64,000 bases of DNA from Betaproteobacteria bacterium (GTDB lineage Bacteria; Pseudomonadota; Gammaproteobacteria; Burkholderiales; SG8-39). Location of the stretch: NCBI GenBank assembly GCA_022340285.1, contig JAJDOG010000002.1, positions 84,881 through 148,880 of the forward strand, written 5' to 3'. Positions 37,891 to 46,612 of the stretch are shown here, piece by piece (position 1 is the stretch's first letter; every line of letters starts with the position of its first letter). Position numbers and translations under genes: made by a program. Under the pieces are notes generated by a model, which was not told the origin of the DNA, searched no databases, and worked only from the letters and a program-made list of their open reading frames with translations.

Positions 37891-37902
37891 CGGTGCGAGT
37901 AG

Positions 37903-37930
37903 ACCCCGCTGAGGCGGGGTTTGTTTTTTT
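37903..37930 (+). terminator. Rho-independent terminator after infA and the repeat array
   Basis: Stem CCCCGC/GCGGGG followed by TTTGTTTTTTT. Confidence 0.8.
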
Positions 37931-37943
37931 GCGGACCTCTACA

Positions 37944-38969
37944 ATGCCGGTCATGGATGAGCCGCCGTACGCGAATCTCACGCCGGATCGCGTGCTCGAT
38001 GCGCTGGAGAGTGTCGGACAGCTCGGCGACGGTCGGCTGCTCGCCTTGAACAGCTACGAGAATCGCGTCTACCAGGTCTATCTCGAGGAAGGCGCGCCGG
38101 TCGTCGCAAAGTTCTACCGACCGGGACGGTGGACCGACGCAGCAATTGTCGAGGAGCACCAATACACCTTGGAGCTCTCCGGGCTCGAGATTCCGGTGGT
38201 CGCGCCCCTCGTGATCCAGGACAGCACGCTCCACGAGTTCGAAGGTTTCCGGTTTGCCGTGTACCCGCGCCGCGGCGGGCGCGTGCCCGAACTGGACGTT
38301 TCGCAGACACTCGAGTGGATCGGCCGGTTCATCGGGCGCATCCACGCGGTCGGCGCGGTGCGGCCCTTCGTTCACCGGCCGGCGCTCGACATCGCGAGCT
38401 TCGGTGAAGAGCCACGCGATTTTCTCCTCTCCCAGGGCTGGATCCCGGCGGAGTTGACGGATGCCTACACGAGCGTCGTCAGCATGGCGCTCGATGGCGT
38501 GCGTCGCTGCTTCGAGCGTGCCGGAACGGTGGCGACACTACGCCTGCACGGCGATTGCCACGCGGGGAATATTCTCTGGACCGAGCCCCAGGCGGCGCGG
38601 GGATCGGAGGGCGCTCCGACCGGCGGCCCGCATTTCGTGGATTTCGACGACTGTCGCACCGGCCCGGCGGTGCAGGACTTGTGGATGCTTCTATCCGGGG
38701 AGCGCGCGGAGATGGCGCAACAGCTCGCCGACGTGCTGGCGGGATACGAAGATTTTCGTGAGCTCGATCCGCGCGAGCTCCACCTTGTGGAAGCGCTGAG
38801 AACGCTGCGCCTGATCCACTACACGGCGTGGCTCGCGAGACGCTGGGGCGACCCGGCCTTTCCCGCCGCATTTCCATGGTTCAACACGCAGCGTTACTGG
38901 CAGGACCGGATCCTGGAGCTGCGCGAGCAGATCCCGGCAATGGAAGAGCCGCCGCTCCCCCATCCGTGA
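37944..38969 (+). CDS. srkA: Stress-response serine/threonine kinase SrkA (YihE/RdoA family)
   Basis: It has LNSYENRVYQV, the catalytic motif HGDCHAGNILW, and FVDFDD. The ATG at 37953 is an alternative start. Confidence 0.9.
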   Translation: MPVMDEPPYANLTPDRVLDALESVGQLGDGRLLALNSYENRVYQVYLEEGAPVVAKFYRPGRWTDAAIVEEHQYTLELSGLEIPVVAPLVIQDSTLHEFEGFRFAVYPRRGGRVPELDVSQTLEWIGRFIGRIHAVGAVRPFVHRPALDIASFGEEPRDFLLSQGWIPAELTDAYTSVVSMALDGVRRCFERAGTVATLRLHGDCHAGNILWTEPQAARGSEGAPTGGPHFVDFDDCRTGPAVQDLWMLLSGERAEMAQQLADVLAGYEDFRELDPRELHLVEALRTLRLIHYTAWLARRWGDPAFPAAFPWFNTQRYWQDRILELREQIPAMEEPPLPHP

Positions 38970-39020
38970 GCGGCGGACCGGCCGCGTGTCGGGAACGCGG
39001 CCTTCGGAATTCGTGAGGAA

Positions 39021-39287
39021 TCAGGCTTCGGCTTCTTCGACCGGCAGCTCTTCGACTTCGAAAGGCATCTTTGCCGGGACCGTCAGCCAAACCGGGTAGT
39101 CGCCGTAGCCCTGCGGGCGCGGCAGCTCGCGTGGCGAACCGGCGCGGCGGAGTTGCCCCTGCCAACGCTTGCCAAGATCGAGGCCAATCGGCTCGAAGTT
39201 GTCGTCTTCGGTCAGATCCTGCACTTCGAGTCCGGTCTCAAGGGTTTCGTCCATGTCTCTCTCCGTATTGAAGTTATCGGAAAACAT
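39021..39287 (-). CDS. Hypothetical small acidic protein
   Basis: 88 aa from the ATG at 39287. Coding-like codon usage, acidic termini (..EVEELPVEEAEA). No family recognised. Confidence 0.5.
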   Translation of the reverse strand: MFSDNFNTERDMDETLETGLEVQDLTEDDNFEPIGLDLGKRWQGQLRRAGSPRELPRPQGYGDYPVWLTVPAKMPFEVEELPVEEAEA

Positions 39288-39582
39288 CGGACTGCCCCCC
39301 TTATCACGCAAAGGGAATGCCTGATCGTGCCCCGAGAGGGTTTGTTGGTGTCGGATTTCACACAGTGCGGTCGTGACCGAGCCCGGACGTGCGAGCTGTC
39401 ACGCCTGAATTGCCTGCACGGCACAAATCCGCCGAGCTTTGCGGCGTCGCACTATCCGGTTCTTGAGGTTCGCTGGCGATTATGCGAGCGTCATGTCGTC
39501 GATTCGTCAACAACCGCTCGGCGCAGTGTCAACCTTTCGACGACCATTAGCTGTTGGGGCGATGGGTTGTCCCCGGCTTCAT

Positions 39583-40194
39583 TCAATGGAAATACGCTTG
39601 CGCGCCGAGCAGCGCCTCGCGAAACCGGTTCTTGAGATGCGGGGCGTCGCGAGGCGGCAGGACCAGCGGTAGCCTGTCGGCGGCAACCTTCACCTGCGCG
39701 AAAAGCGGACCGGCGCCAGCGTGCACGTCGCCGCGCAATCGCGTGATGGCGTCCATCGCGGTCACGACCGAACACGATGCGAACCCGCACGCGTTCGCCA
39801 CGGCGGCAAGGTCCACGCCCTGCGCGGTATGGGTCGCCTGCATCCCCGTTTCGCCGTAGCGCTCGTTGTCGAGCACGACTACGGACAGGTTGCGAGTACG
39901 CCGCGCGCCGATCGTCGCGAGCGATCCGAGGCCCATCAGCATCTCGCCGTCGCCCGTCAGGACGAGGACGCGTCGATCGGGCTGCGCGATCGCGAGGCCC
40001 AGGCCGATCATTGCGGCACCCCCCATTCCGCCCCACAGGGGAAGGGTGAGCGGATGGTCCCCGGCTTCGGTTGCATCCCACGCGGGCGCCCCGAGACCGG
40101 CGACGACCAGCAGATCGCCGCGATCGGCGAGCAACGCCTTCACGACTTCGCGCCGATGCAGCCAGCCGCCGCTGCCACGCTCTGCGGTGCTCAT
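39583..40194 (-). CDS. TPP-dependent decarboxylase beta subunit (sulfopyruvate/phosphonopyruvate decarboxylase-like)
   Basis: 203 aa from the ATG at 40194. TPP-binding motif GDGEMLMGLGSLAT..VVVLDNERYGETG. Confidence 0.8.
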   Translation of the reverse strand: MSTAERGSGGWLHRREVVKALLADRGDLLVVAGLGAPAWDATEAGDHPLTLPLWGGMGGAAMIGLGLAIAQPDRRVLVLTGDGEMLMGLGSLATIGARRTRNLSVVVLDNERYGETGMQATHTAQGVDLAAVANACGFASCSVVTAMDAITRLRGDVHAGAGPLFAQVKVAADRLPLVLPPRDAPHLKNRFREALLGAQAYFH

Positions 40195-40196
40195 GT

Positions 40197-40712
40197 TCAG
40201 TCCTTGAAGGTCTTCGCGCCCAGCAAGCGCTGCCCGATCAGCAGCGCCGTCGGACGCAGTGTGTTGTACGCAATGCGCAGCGCGCCTTCGGCGAGCGGCA
40301 CGACGTCGTCCGCCCGATCCGCGCGCGAAACCAGCACGCCCATCGCTTCGAGAACAGGCTGGGTCGCGCGCCCCATCGGCACCTGCCAGGGATTGAACTC
40401 GCCCCAGTCGCCGCGCATCGTGACGAGCATCGTCAGCGGCGTCTGCGAAACCGCGAGCATCGAAAGCATGTTCACGCAGTTCCCGACGCCGCTCGATTGG
40501 GTGAGCAGCACGCTCTTGTCGCCGCCGAGCCACGCGCCCATCGCCAGGGCGACGCCTTCCTCCTCGGTGGTCAACCGCACGAGCTCGATCGCGGAGTCCG
40601 ATTCGCAGAACTCGATGAGCTCCATGTGCCCGGCATCGGGCACCACGCTCACTTGGCGAATGTTCTGCGCCTTGAGAAGCTGGTAGAGGCCTCGTGGCCA
40701 GTCGGGCGACAT
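40197..40712 (-). CDS. TPP-dependent decarboxylase alpha subunit (pyrimidine-binding domain)
   Basis: 171 aa with VSVVPDAGHMELIE..TTEEEGVALAMGAWLGG..LLTQSSGVGNCVN. It sits 2 nt upstream of the beta subunit. Confidence 0.8.
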   Translation of the reverse strand: MSPDWPRGLYQLLKAQNIRQVSVVPDAGHMELIEFCESDSAIELVRLTTEEEGVALAMGAWLGGDKSVLLTQSSGVGNCVNMLSMLAVSQTPLTMLVTMRGDWGEFNPWQVPMGRATQPVLEAMGVLVSRADRADDVVPLAEGALRIAYNTLRPTALLIGQRLLGAKTFKD

Positions 40713-40843
40713 CAGCTCGTTTCTCCCTTCGGCGCGCGTCAGCTCTGCGCCGAAGGGCGCCAGTATAATCGAGCGAAGCTGCGCTTCTCGCTTGCGTCGA
40801 AAGCGCGGTATCGCAGCCGCAAGTAATCAAACGGAGACCGTGC

Positions 40844-41836
40844 ATGGCAAAGCTGCGCATGACGCTCGCATGCTGGGACTACGATCGTACCCGGGCGCTG
40901 GCGGACGGCACCGTACCCGTCGAGGGTGTCGACCTCGTTTATCTCACGCTGCCGGTCGAGGAGACGTTCTTCCGCATGCTGCGGAACCGCGAGTTCGATT
41001 GCGCGGAATTGTCGCTCTCCTCGTACGTCGCATCGCTGGAGCGCAAAGATCCGCCGTTCATCGCGATTCCGGTGTTTCCGTCGCGCATGTTCCGCCACTC
41101 AGGGATCTACGTCTCGTCCGTAAGCGGCATCACGGAGCCCAGGCAGCTGGTCGGTAAACGCGTGGGCAACCCGGAATATCAGCTGACCGCACACGTCTGG
41201 ATCCGGGGCATCCTCGCCGAGGAATACGGCGTGCCAGTCGACAGCGTCGAGTACTTCACCGGAGGTCTGGAGGACGCAGGACGAATCGAGAAGCAGAAGA
41301 TCGATCTCCCCGCCGCGATTCGCATCCAGTCGATCGAGCCGACGCAGACGCTGGCGCAGCTGCTCGCCGAAGGAAAGATCGACGCAATCTACGCGCCGCG
41401 CGCGCCGTCCACCCTGAGCACGCGGCCGGACGCGGTGCGTCGCCTGTTCGAGGACTATGCGTCAGTCGAGCGGGAGTACTTCGAGAGGACGCGGGTGTTT
41501 CCGATCATGCACACGGTGGCGATTCGCCGTGACGTGTACGAGCGGAACCCGTGGTGCGCCCAGGCGCTCTACAAGGCGTTTGCCGCGGCCCAGCGCAAGA
41601 CCTACAGCGACCTCAATGAGCTCGCAGCGCTCAAGACGATGTTGCCCTGGCTTCCCGGGCACGTGGCCGAGACGAAGCGCGCGCTGGGAGACGACTGGTG
41701 GCCGTATGGCCTCGCGCCGAACCGCCACGTTCTCGAGACTTTCCTGCGCTACCATCACCAGCAGGGTCTGTCGAAGCGGCGCCATGCGCCCGAGGAACTG
41801 TTCGCCCCCGAGACGCTCGAGGCGTTCAGGATCTGA
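40844..41836 (+). CDS. 4,5-dihydroxyphthalate decarboxylase-like protein (PhtD / periplasmic-binding-fold decarboxylase family)
   Basis: 330 aa. MAKLRMTLACWDYDRTRALADGTVPVEGVDL..REFDCAELSLSSY.. is typical of the PhtD-like family. Confidence 0.7.
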   Translation: MAKLRMTLACWDYDRTRALADGTVPVEGVDLVYLTLPVEETFFRMLRNREFDCAELSLSSYVASLERKDPPFIAIPVFPSRMFRHSGIYVSSVSGITEPRQLVGKRVGNPEYQLTAHVWIRGILAEEYGVPVDSVEYFTGGLEDAGRIEKQKIDLPAAIRIQSIEPTQTLAQLLAEGKIDAIYAPRAPSTLSTRPDAVRRLFEDYASVEREYFERTRVFPIMHTVAIRRDVYERNPWCAQALYKAFAAAQRKTYSDLNELAALKTMLPWLPGHVAETKRALGDDWWPYGLAPNRHVLETFLRYHHQQGLSKRRHAPEELFAPETLEAFRI

Positions 41837-41898
41837 GCGCTCGGTCGTGCGCCGAAATTGATGCCGGGCGCGCCGGTTTCAGGTCGGGCGTGCCGGCT

Positions 41899-42198
41899 TC
41901 AAGCCGGGCGCAGGGCGAGCAGGCGCGAGAAGCGGATGCGGTCGAGGGATCGGCGCAGCCCGCCGTAACTGCGGGTGCTGATCACGGGCGGGCACTTGGT
42001 GATGCGGGCCATGATCCGTGTGCCGCGCGCGAGCAGGCGTGCCGCGGCGAGCGCGGGCGGTGTCACCGACCAGAGCTCGAGCTGCATGCCGTCGACCTTG
42101 CCGAGAACGACCGGGACCCCGTCCGCCGCTTCATCGACGGCGAGGACGGTCACCTCGACCTCGGCATCCTGCCAATCTGCGATCTTGTCGTAGTCCAT
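41899..42198 (-). CDS. Hypothetical protein
   Basis: 99 aa from the ATG at 42198 (MDYDKIADWQDAEVEVTVLAVDE..). No family recognised and the start is uncertain. Confidence 0.35.
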   Translation of the reverse strand: MDYDKIADWQDAEVEVTVLAVDEAADGVPVVLGKVDGMQLELWSVTPPALAAARLLARGTRIMARITKCPPVISTRSYGGLRRSLDRIRFSRLLALRPA

Positions 42199-42555
42199 TA
42201 TCGTCACCTCCGCGATGACTCGTTGCAATCCCTGTGCCAGGAAACGCTCCGGGAGCGCGCGCCGTGCGAAGGGATGCCGCCCACGCGCCCGTTTCCTTGT
42301 ACGTTCCGTGCATTACGATAGATGTGATGCGGTGCAATGAACAGGTGCTGTGGCGCACCCTAGATGTGCGGAATGCACCAGCCTGGAACTTTTGCACATG
42401 AGCGATTCCGCCCCGATGCCGTACAGCGTCACACGTGCCGATCATTGGCCCGGGCGATTCCTGCACGTCGGGGTGGGCGGGGTGCCGCGGACCGGGACAG
42501 GGCTCTGGCTGGCGCGCCGCCATGCGCGCATCGCCAACGCAAACCAGGAGGACGC

Positions 42556-43494
42556 ATGAATGGCCAACAAGTCCGATCATCCCGGCGAGCCGCGCTGGGA
42601 CAACTCGCGGCAATGGGAGCGCTGCTCATGACCGGCACTACACATACGCCCGCGGCGGGCGCGCAGCCGATCGCGCGGCATGCCATACCACGCACTGACG
42701 AAACGATTCCGGTGATCGGCCTCGGGACCTGGCAGACGTTCGACGTCGGCGCGGCCGAATCGGCGCGCGCGCCGCTCAGGGACGTGCTTACGCGCTTCGT
42801 CGAATGCGGCGGCAGCGTCATCGACAGCTCGCCCATGTACGGTCGCGCGGAATCGGTGGTCGGGGATCTTGCCGCCGACCTCGGGATCCAGGACAAGCTC
42901 TTCTACGCGACGAAAGTGTGGACCAGCGGCCAGAACGAAGGCGTGCGGCAGATGCAGGAATCGTTTCGTCGCATGCGCGTTCAGCGGATGGATCTCATGC
43001 AGATCCACAATCTCCTCGATCTGCGGGCGCACACTCAGACGTTGTTGAAATGGAAACGGGAAGGGCGCGTACGTTACATCGGCATCACTCACTACCACGC
43101 CGGAGCGCATGCCGAGCTTGAAAGGCTGGTTCGCACGAAGACCTACGACTTCATGCAGATCAACTACTCGCTCGGCGAACGCGAGGCGGAGGGACGCTTG
43201 CTGCCCGCCGCGCAGGAGGCCGGCGTCGCGGTGCTGGTGAACCGACCGTTCGGCTCCGGCGGTCTCTTCCGGCGCGTGCGCGGCGAGCCGTTGCCGGGTT
43301 GGGCCCCGGAGATCGGGTGCACCTCCTGGGCGCAGATCATGTTGAAGTGGATCGTCAGCCACCCGGCGGTGACCTGTGCAATCCCGGCGACCTCCAATCC
43401 GAGGCATGTGATCGACAACATGGCCGCCGGGCTCGGCCCGCAGCCCGATGCCCGGATGCGCCGAAGCATGGCTGACGCGTTCGACAAGCTATAG
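42556..43494 (+). CDS. Aldo/keto reductase with a twin-arginine (Tat) signal peptide
   Basis: CAGGAGGA ribosome-binding site. The N-terminal has SRRAALGQLAAMGALLM. AKR core IDSSPMYGRAE, MDLMQIHN and YIGITHY. Confidence 0.85.
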   Translation: MNGQQVRSSRRAALGQLAAMGALLMTGTTHTPAAGAQPIARHAIPRTDETIPVIGLGTWQTFDVGAAESARAPLRDVLTRFVECGGSVIDSSPMYGRAESVVGDLAADLGIQDKLFYATKVWTSGQNEGVRQMQESFRRMRVQRMDLMQIHNLLDLRAHTQTLLKWKREGRVRYIGITHYHAGAHAELERLVRTKTYDFMQINYSLGEREAEGRLLPAAQEAGVAVLVNRPFGSGGLFRRVRGEPLPGWAPEIGCTSWAQIMLKWIVSHPAVTCAIPATSNPRHVIDNMAAGLGPQPDARMRRSMADAFDKL

Positions 43495-43503
43495 CTTTGA
43501 ACC

Positions 43504-44136
43504 TCAACGACGCGGCGTTGCCTCGCGCACGATGCGCCGCCACGCCGGGTGACGCGCAATGACGGCGAGCGCCCGGCCGAGAAGCGTTCGTCCCGGCTCG
43601 GTGCGGTGCCACGTCGATGCGCCGGAAGGGTGCGGGAGCGGAACGACATCGAATGTCCGCCCGGCACGCGTCACCCGATGGCGCTTCCCGACGACGTGCT
43701 CGAGCTTCTCCGCATGGAAGAACGAAGCGATTGCCAGCTTGCCGACGGGGATCACGAGCTCGGGGGCGAGCAGCGTGAGCTCGGCCTCCAGCCAGGGGGC
43801 GCAGTTTGCGATCTCCTCGCGGTTCGGCACGCGGTCCCCGCCGCGCGGTAGCTTGCCCGGAAAGCAGCGGCACACCGCCGCCATGTACACGCAGCTGCGA
43901 AGCGCCTCCTCGTCCAGCCCGATTCCGGCGAACCAGCCGAACAGCGTCTTGCCCGCCGTCCATGCAAAGGGCTTGTGGATCACGAGTTCCTTCACGCCGG
44001 GTGCCTGGCCGATGAGCATGACCGGACTCGCAGCCGGCGCGCCGAGCACCGGGGCGCCCTGCATCTGCGGGCAGCGTCTGCATCGCGCGAGCGCCTGCTG
44101 GTGCCGACGTAGCGCGTGGACCGAAGCGCCGCTCAT
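43504..44136 (-). CDS. Uracil-DNA glycosylase superfamily protein
   Basis: 210 aa with CRRCP.., motif A-like MLIGQAPG and motif B-like PLPHPSGAS. Confidence 0.8.
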   Translation of the reverse strand: MSGASVHALRRHQQALARCRRCPQMQGAPVLGAPAASPVMLIGQAPGVKELVIHKPFAWTAGKTLFGWFAGIGLDEEALRSCVYMAAVCRCFPGKLPRGGDRVPNREEIANCAPWLEAELTLLAPELVIPVGKLAIASFFHAEKLEHVVGKRHRVTRAGRTFDVVPLPHPSGASTWHRTEPGRTLLGRALAVIARHPAWRRIVREATPRR

Positions 44137-44157
44137 CCCAGCGACGCGCCTCTCGCC

Positions 44158-45876
44158 CTAGCGGCCGGCAGTCGATGCCGCGTCGTCGTTCCGACGCGAG
44201 AGCCACTGCCAGATCCAGCCCGCCGGCCGGTCACGGCCAAGAATCACATAGTCCCGCGCGTGCACGTTGCGCAAAGTCATGCGCTGCAAATCGCGCGCCG
44301 CATTGGTTCCCGCGAAGAGCAGGCGGTCACCGGCCTTGAGCGGCGTCTTGGCGTCGGGCATCAGGACCTCCGCGCCATCACGCACCAGAAGGAGCGGCAC
44401 GCACGCGATCTCGCGCACGCGCAGTGTCGGATCCCGCAACAGCGCGTCGAGCGTGACGTCGTTCTTCTCGAACATCAGGACCCGGTGGATGGCGGGCGCC
44501 GCGGCGGCGTTGATATCGACACCCCATGTCGCGGCGACAACGGGACCGGCGACCTCCTCCAATCGGGCGACGAGGAGACTGGCCCACGGCTCGTCCTGCG
44601 TGCCGGCCATGCCGAGAAACCGTGCGAGCAGCGGCGTGGCGACGATCGAGAGGCTCTGGTAGGCGACGATCTCGGCCGATACCATGGTGATGTCGGCGGA
44701 GAAAGCCCCGAAGAGCGGCCGATTGGCCTCGAGGTTCTGGCGCAGCACGACGAACAGCTTCGGGTTGATCTCGCGCGCGGTGACCGCGATCGACAGATTG
44801 TTCACGTCGTTGTCGGTGCCCGCGACGATCCCCACCGCGGTCTCCACGCCCGCCTCGCGGAGCGGTCCGCCCTCGGTCCCGTAGCCCCGCACGACGCGCC
44901 TGCCGACCTCCGTCTGCGGCTCGGGGTCGATCACGGTCGCCTCCAGCCCTTCGCGGTCGAAGCAGCCGATGACCTCGCGACCGAAGCGCCCGTATCCGCA
45001 GACGATCCAGTGCCCGTGCGGCGGCGTCGTCTCGGCCGTGAGCGTCGTGCCCGGAAGACCGGTGAGGCGGGAGATGAGGCGGTACACCGCGGGCGCGTGC
45101 AGAGCGAGCCAGAGGTGCTCGCCGAACCGCTGAAAAGGATTGATGATGTGGTCGGTCCCGAAGGACGCCATGTTCTTGGCGACATCGCGGCTCATCGCCC
45201 GGCACAGGACCGGCGTGCGCGGATTGAGCAGCTTCACGGCGATCGCGACGGCAAGGTTCGCCTGATCGTCGCTCGTGATCGCCATCACGCCGCGGCACGC
45301 GCGGTGCGTGATACCTGCCCGGACGAGATTCTCCACGACGCGCGCGTCGCCGACGATCGCCGGGGTGTCGCGCGCGTAGCCCTGCAGATCCACCTCGTCG
45401 ATCCGTGTGCCGTCGATGTCCAGCACCACGAACTGCAATCCCATGCGGTCGAGCGCGCGACAGATGAGCGAGCCTGTCTCGCCGTAGCCGCAGACCACGT
45501 AGAAGGACTCGCTCAAGCCTCGCACCTCGCGCTCAAAACGCTGCGTAACCAGCGCGAGCCGGAAGCCGCGGTCCTGTACCAGAGCGAGGAGACTGCCGAG
45601 GAAGTACGCCCAACCGACCACCGAGAGATAGATGATGCCGGTGACCCAGAGCCGCTGCGCATCCGAGAAGGGCCGCGGCAGCTCGCCGAAGCCGATCGTG
45701 CTCGCGGTATACGAAAGGAAATAGAAGGCGTGGAAGAAGCTCATCTGCCAGGTACGGCCCTGCGCGTCGACGCCCGGGATGAGCACCAGCCCGATCACCC
45801 CGATCGAGTAGACCGCGATCAGCAGGATGATCGGCAGGCGCAGCCGCCGCAGCGCGAGGAATAGCACACTGGTCAT
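44158..45876 (-). CDS. Potassium channel protein with tandem RCK/TrkA domains
   Basis: 572 aa with the pore selectivity filter TASTIGFGE, and two Rossmann-like segments (VVCGYGETG and IVCGYGRFG). Confidence 0.85.
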   Translation of the reverse strand: MTSVLFLALRRLRLPIILLIAVYSIGVIGLVLIPGVDAQGRTWQMSFFHAFYFLSYTASTIGFGELPRPFSDAQRLWVTGIIYLSVVGWAYFLGSLLALVQDRGFRLALVTQRFEREVRGLSESFYVVCGYGETGSLICRALDRMGLQFVVLDIDGTRIDEVDLQGYARDTPAIVGDARVVENLVRAGITHRACRGVMAITSDDQANLAVAIAVKLLNPRTPVLCRAMSRDVAKNMASFGTDHIINPFQRFGEHLWLALHAPAVYRLISRLTGLPGTTLTAETTPPHGHWIVCGYGRFGREVIGCFDREGLEATVIDPEPQTEVGRRVVRGYGTEGGPLREAGVETAVGIVAGTDNDVNNLSIAVTAREINPKLFVVLRQNLEANRPLFGAFSADITMVSAEIVAYQSLSIVATPLLARFLGMAGTQDEPWASLLVARLEEVAGPVVAATWGVDINAAAAPAIHRVLMFEKNDVTLDALLRDPTLRVREIACVPLLLVRDGAEVLMPDAKTPLKAGDRLLFAGTNAARDLQRMTLRNVHARDYVILGRDRPAGWIWQWLSRRNDDAASTAGR

Positions 45877-45880
45877 CGGG

Positions 45881-46264
45881 CTACCTGCGCAGCATCACCG
45901 TTTCGATGACGAGAAGGACGACGGACACGACGTTGGCGAAGAGGGCGCCCGCGGACAGCGAAACGATACCCGCGAGCTTCCCGGCCGTCATTCCGTCCGG
46001 GCTCACATTGACCGCGTAGAACCAGACGAGCGTGGCGGCCACGAGTTGAAGGACGGCGACGAGGCTGGTGGCGAGGTGCACCGCACCGATCTGCGTGCGG
46101 TCGCCGAACTTGAGCACGGCGGCGATGAGATTCACGACAACGACGGCAAAGAGCTCGTAGGCATCGTGATGTTCGGGTGTTGCGATATCGCCGTATACGA
46201 ACCCGAAGTTGAGCGTCGCCGCGAGCAGGATAAAAAAACCGAAGACGACCTTCTCCAGGTTCAT
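45881..46264 (-). CDS. Small integral membrane protein (4 TM), uncharacterised
   Basis: 127 aa, hydrophobic, located 4 nt upstream of the K+ channel gene in the same operon. Confidence 0.7.
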   Translation of the reverse strand: MNLEKVVFGFFILLAATLNFGFVYGDIATPEHHDAYELFAVVVVNLIAAVLKFGDRTQIGAVHLATSLVAVLQLVAATLVWFYAVNVSPDGMTAGKLAGIVSLSAGALFANVVSVVLLVIETVMLRR

Positions 46265-46612
46265 GCGTGCTCCTCCCGATTGGCATCCGCGGCCGAGCGT
46301 GGGCGCGCGGTGGTTCGAACGAGCTTACACCACGGCACTGCGACTGAATCCGGGGCATCGCGGGCGCGCCGTCGTGGCGAAAGCGGTGCATCGCGATGGG
46401 CTTTCCGGCGCGCGGAAAACGATCGCCTTGACCAAAAGCGTAACAAATGTCATATTATGAACTCTATAGATAACGAAAAGAACGGAATCGGCAATATATG
46501 ATTGTATTCGGTACCGAGGGGCGCGGCGCAGACATCACCTGTGCCACTTCCTCCAGCCGAATGCGCATTCGCAGCCGGCGCCACCGATCACCTGGCCGCC
46601 GCACCGTTGAAG

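Noticed and set aside
37640-37912. 90-aa ORF translating through the 50-bp repeat array.
   Set aside because: It starts inside infA in another frame and has no ribosome-binding site. Its reading frame is just a consequence of the repeats. The sequence is better explained as structured RNA.
42384-42396. Sigma-54-like TGGAAC-TTTT-GCA upstream of the aldo/keto reductase gene.
   Set aside because: The GG-to-GC spacing is about 3 nt too short compared with TGGCACG-N4-TTGC, and the -24 element is imperfect.
46311-46320. GGTTCGAAC, a tRNA T-loop-like motif in the 46.3-kb intergenic region.
   Set aside because: The flanking sequence cannot form T-stem, acceptor or anticodon arms. No tRNA-like cloverleaf is present.
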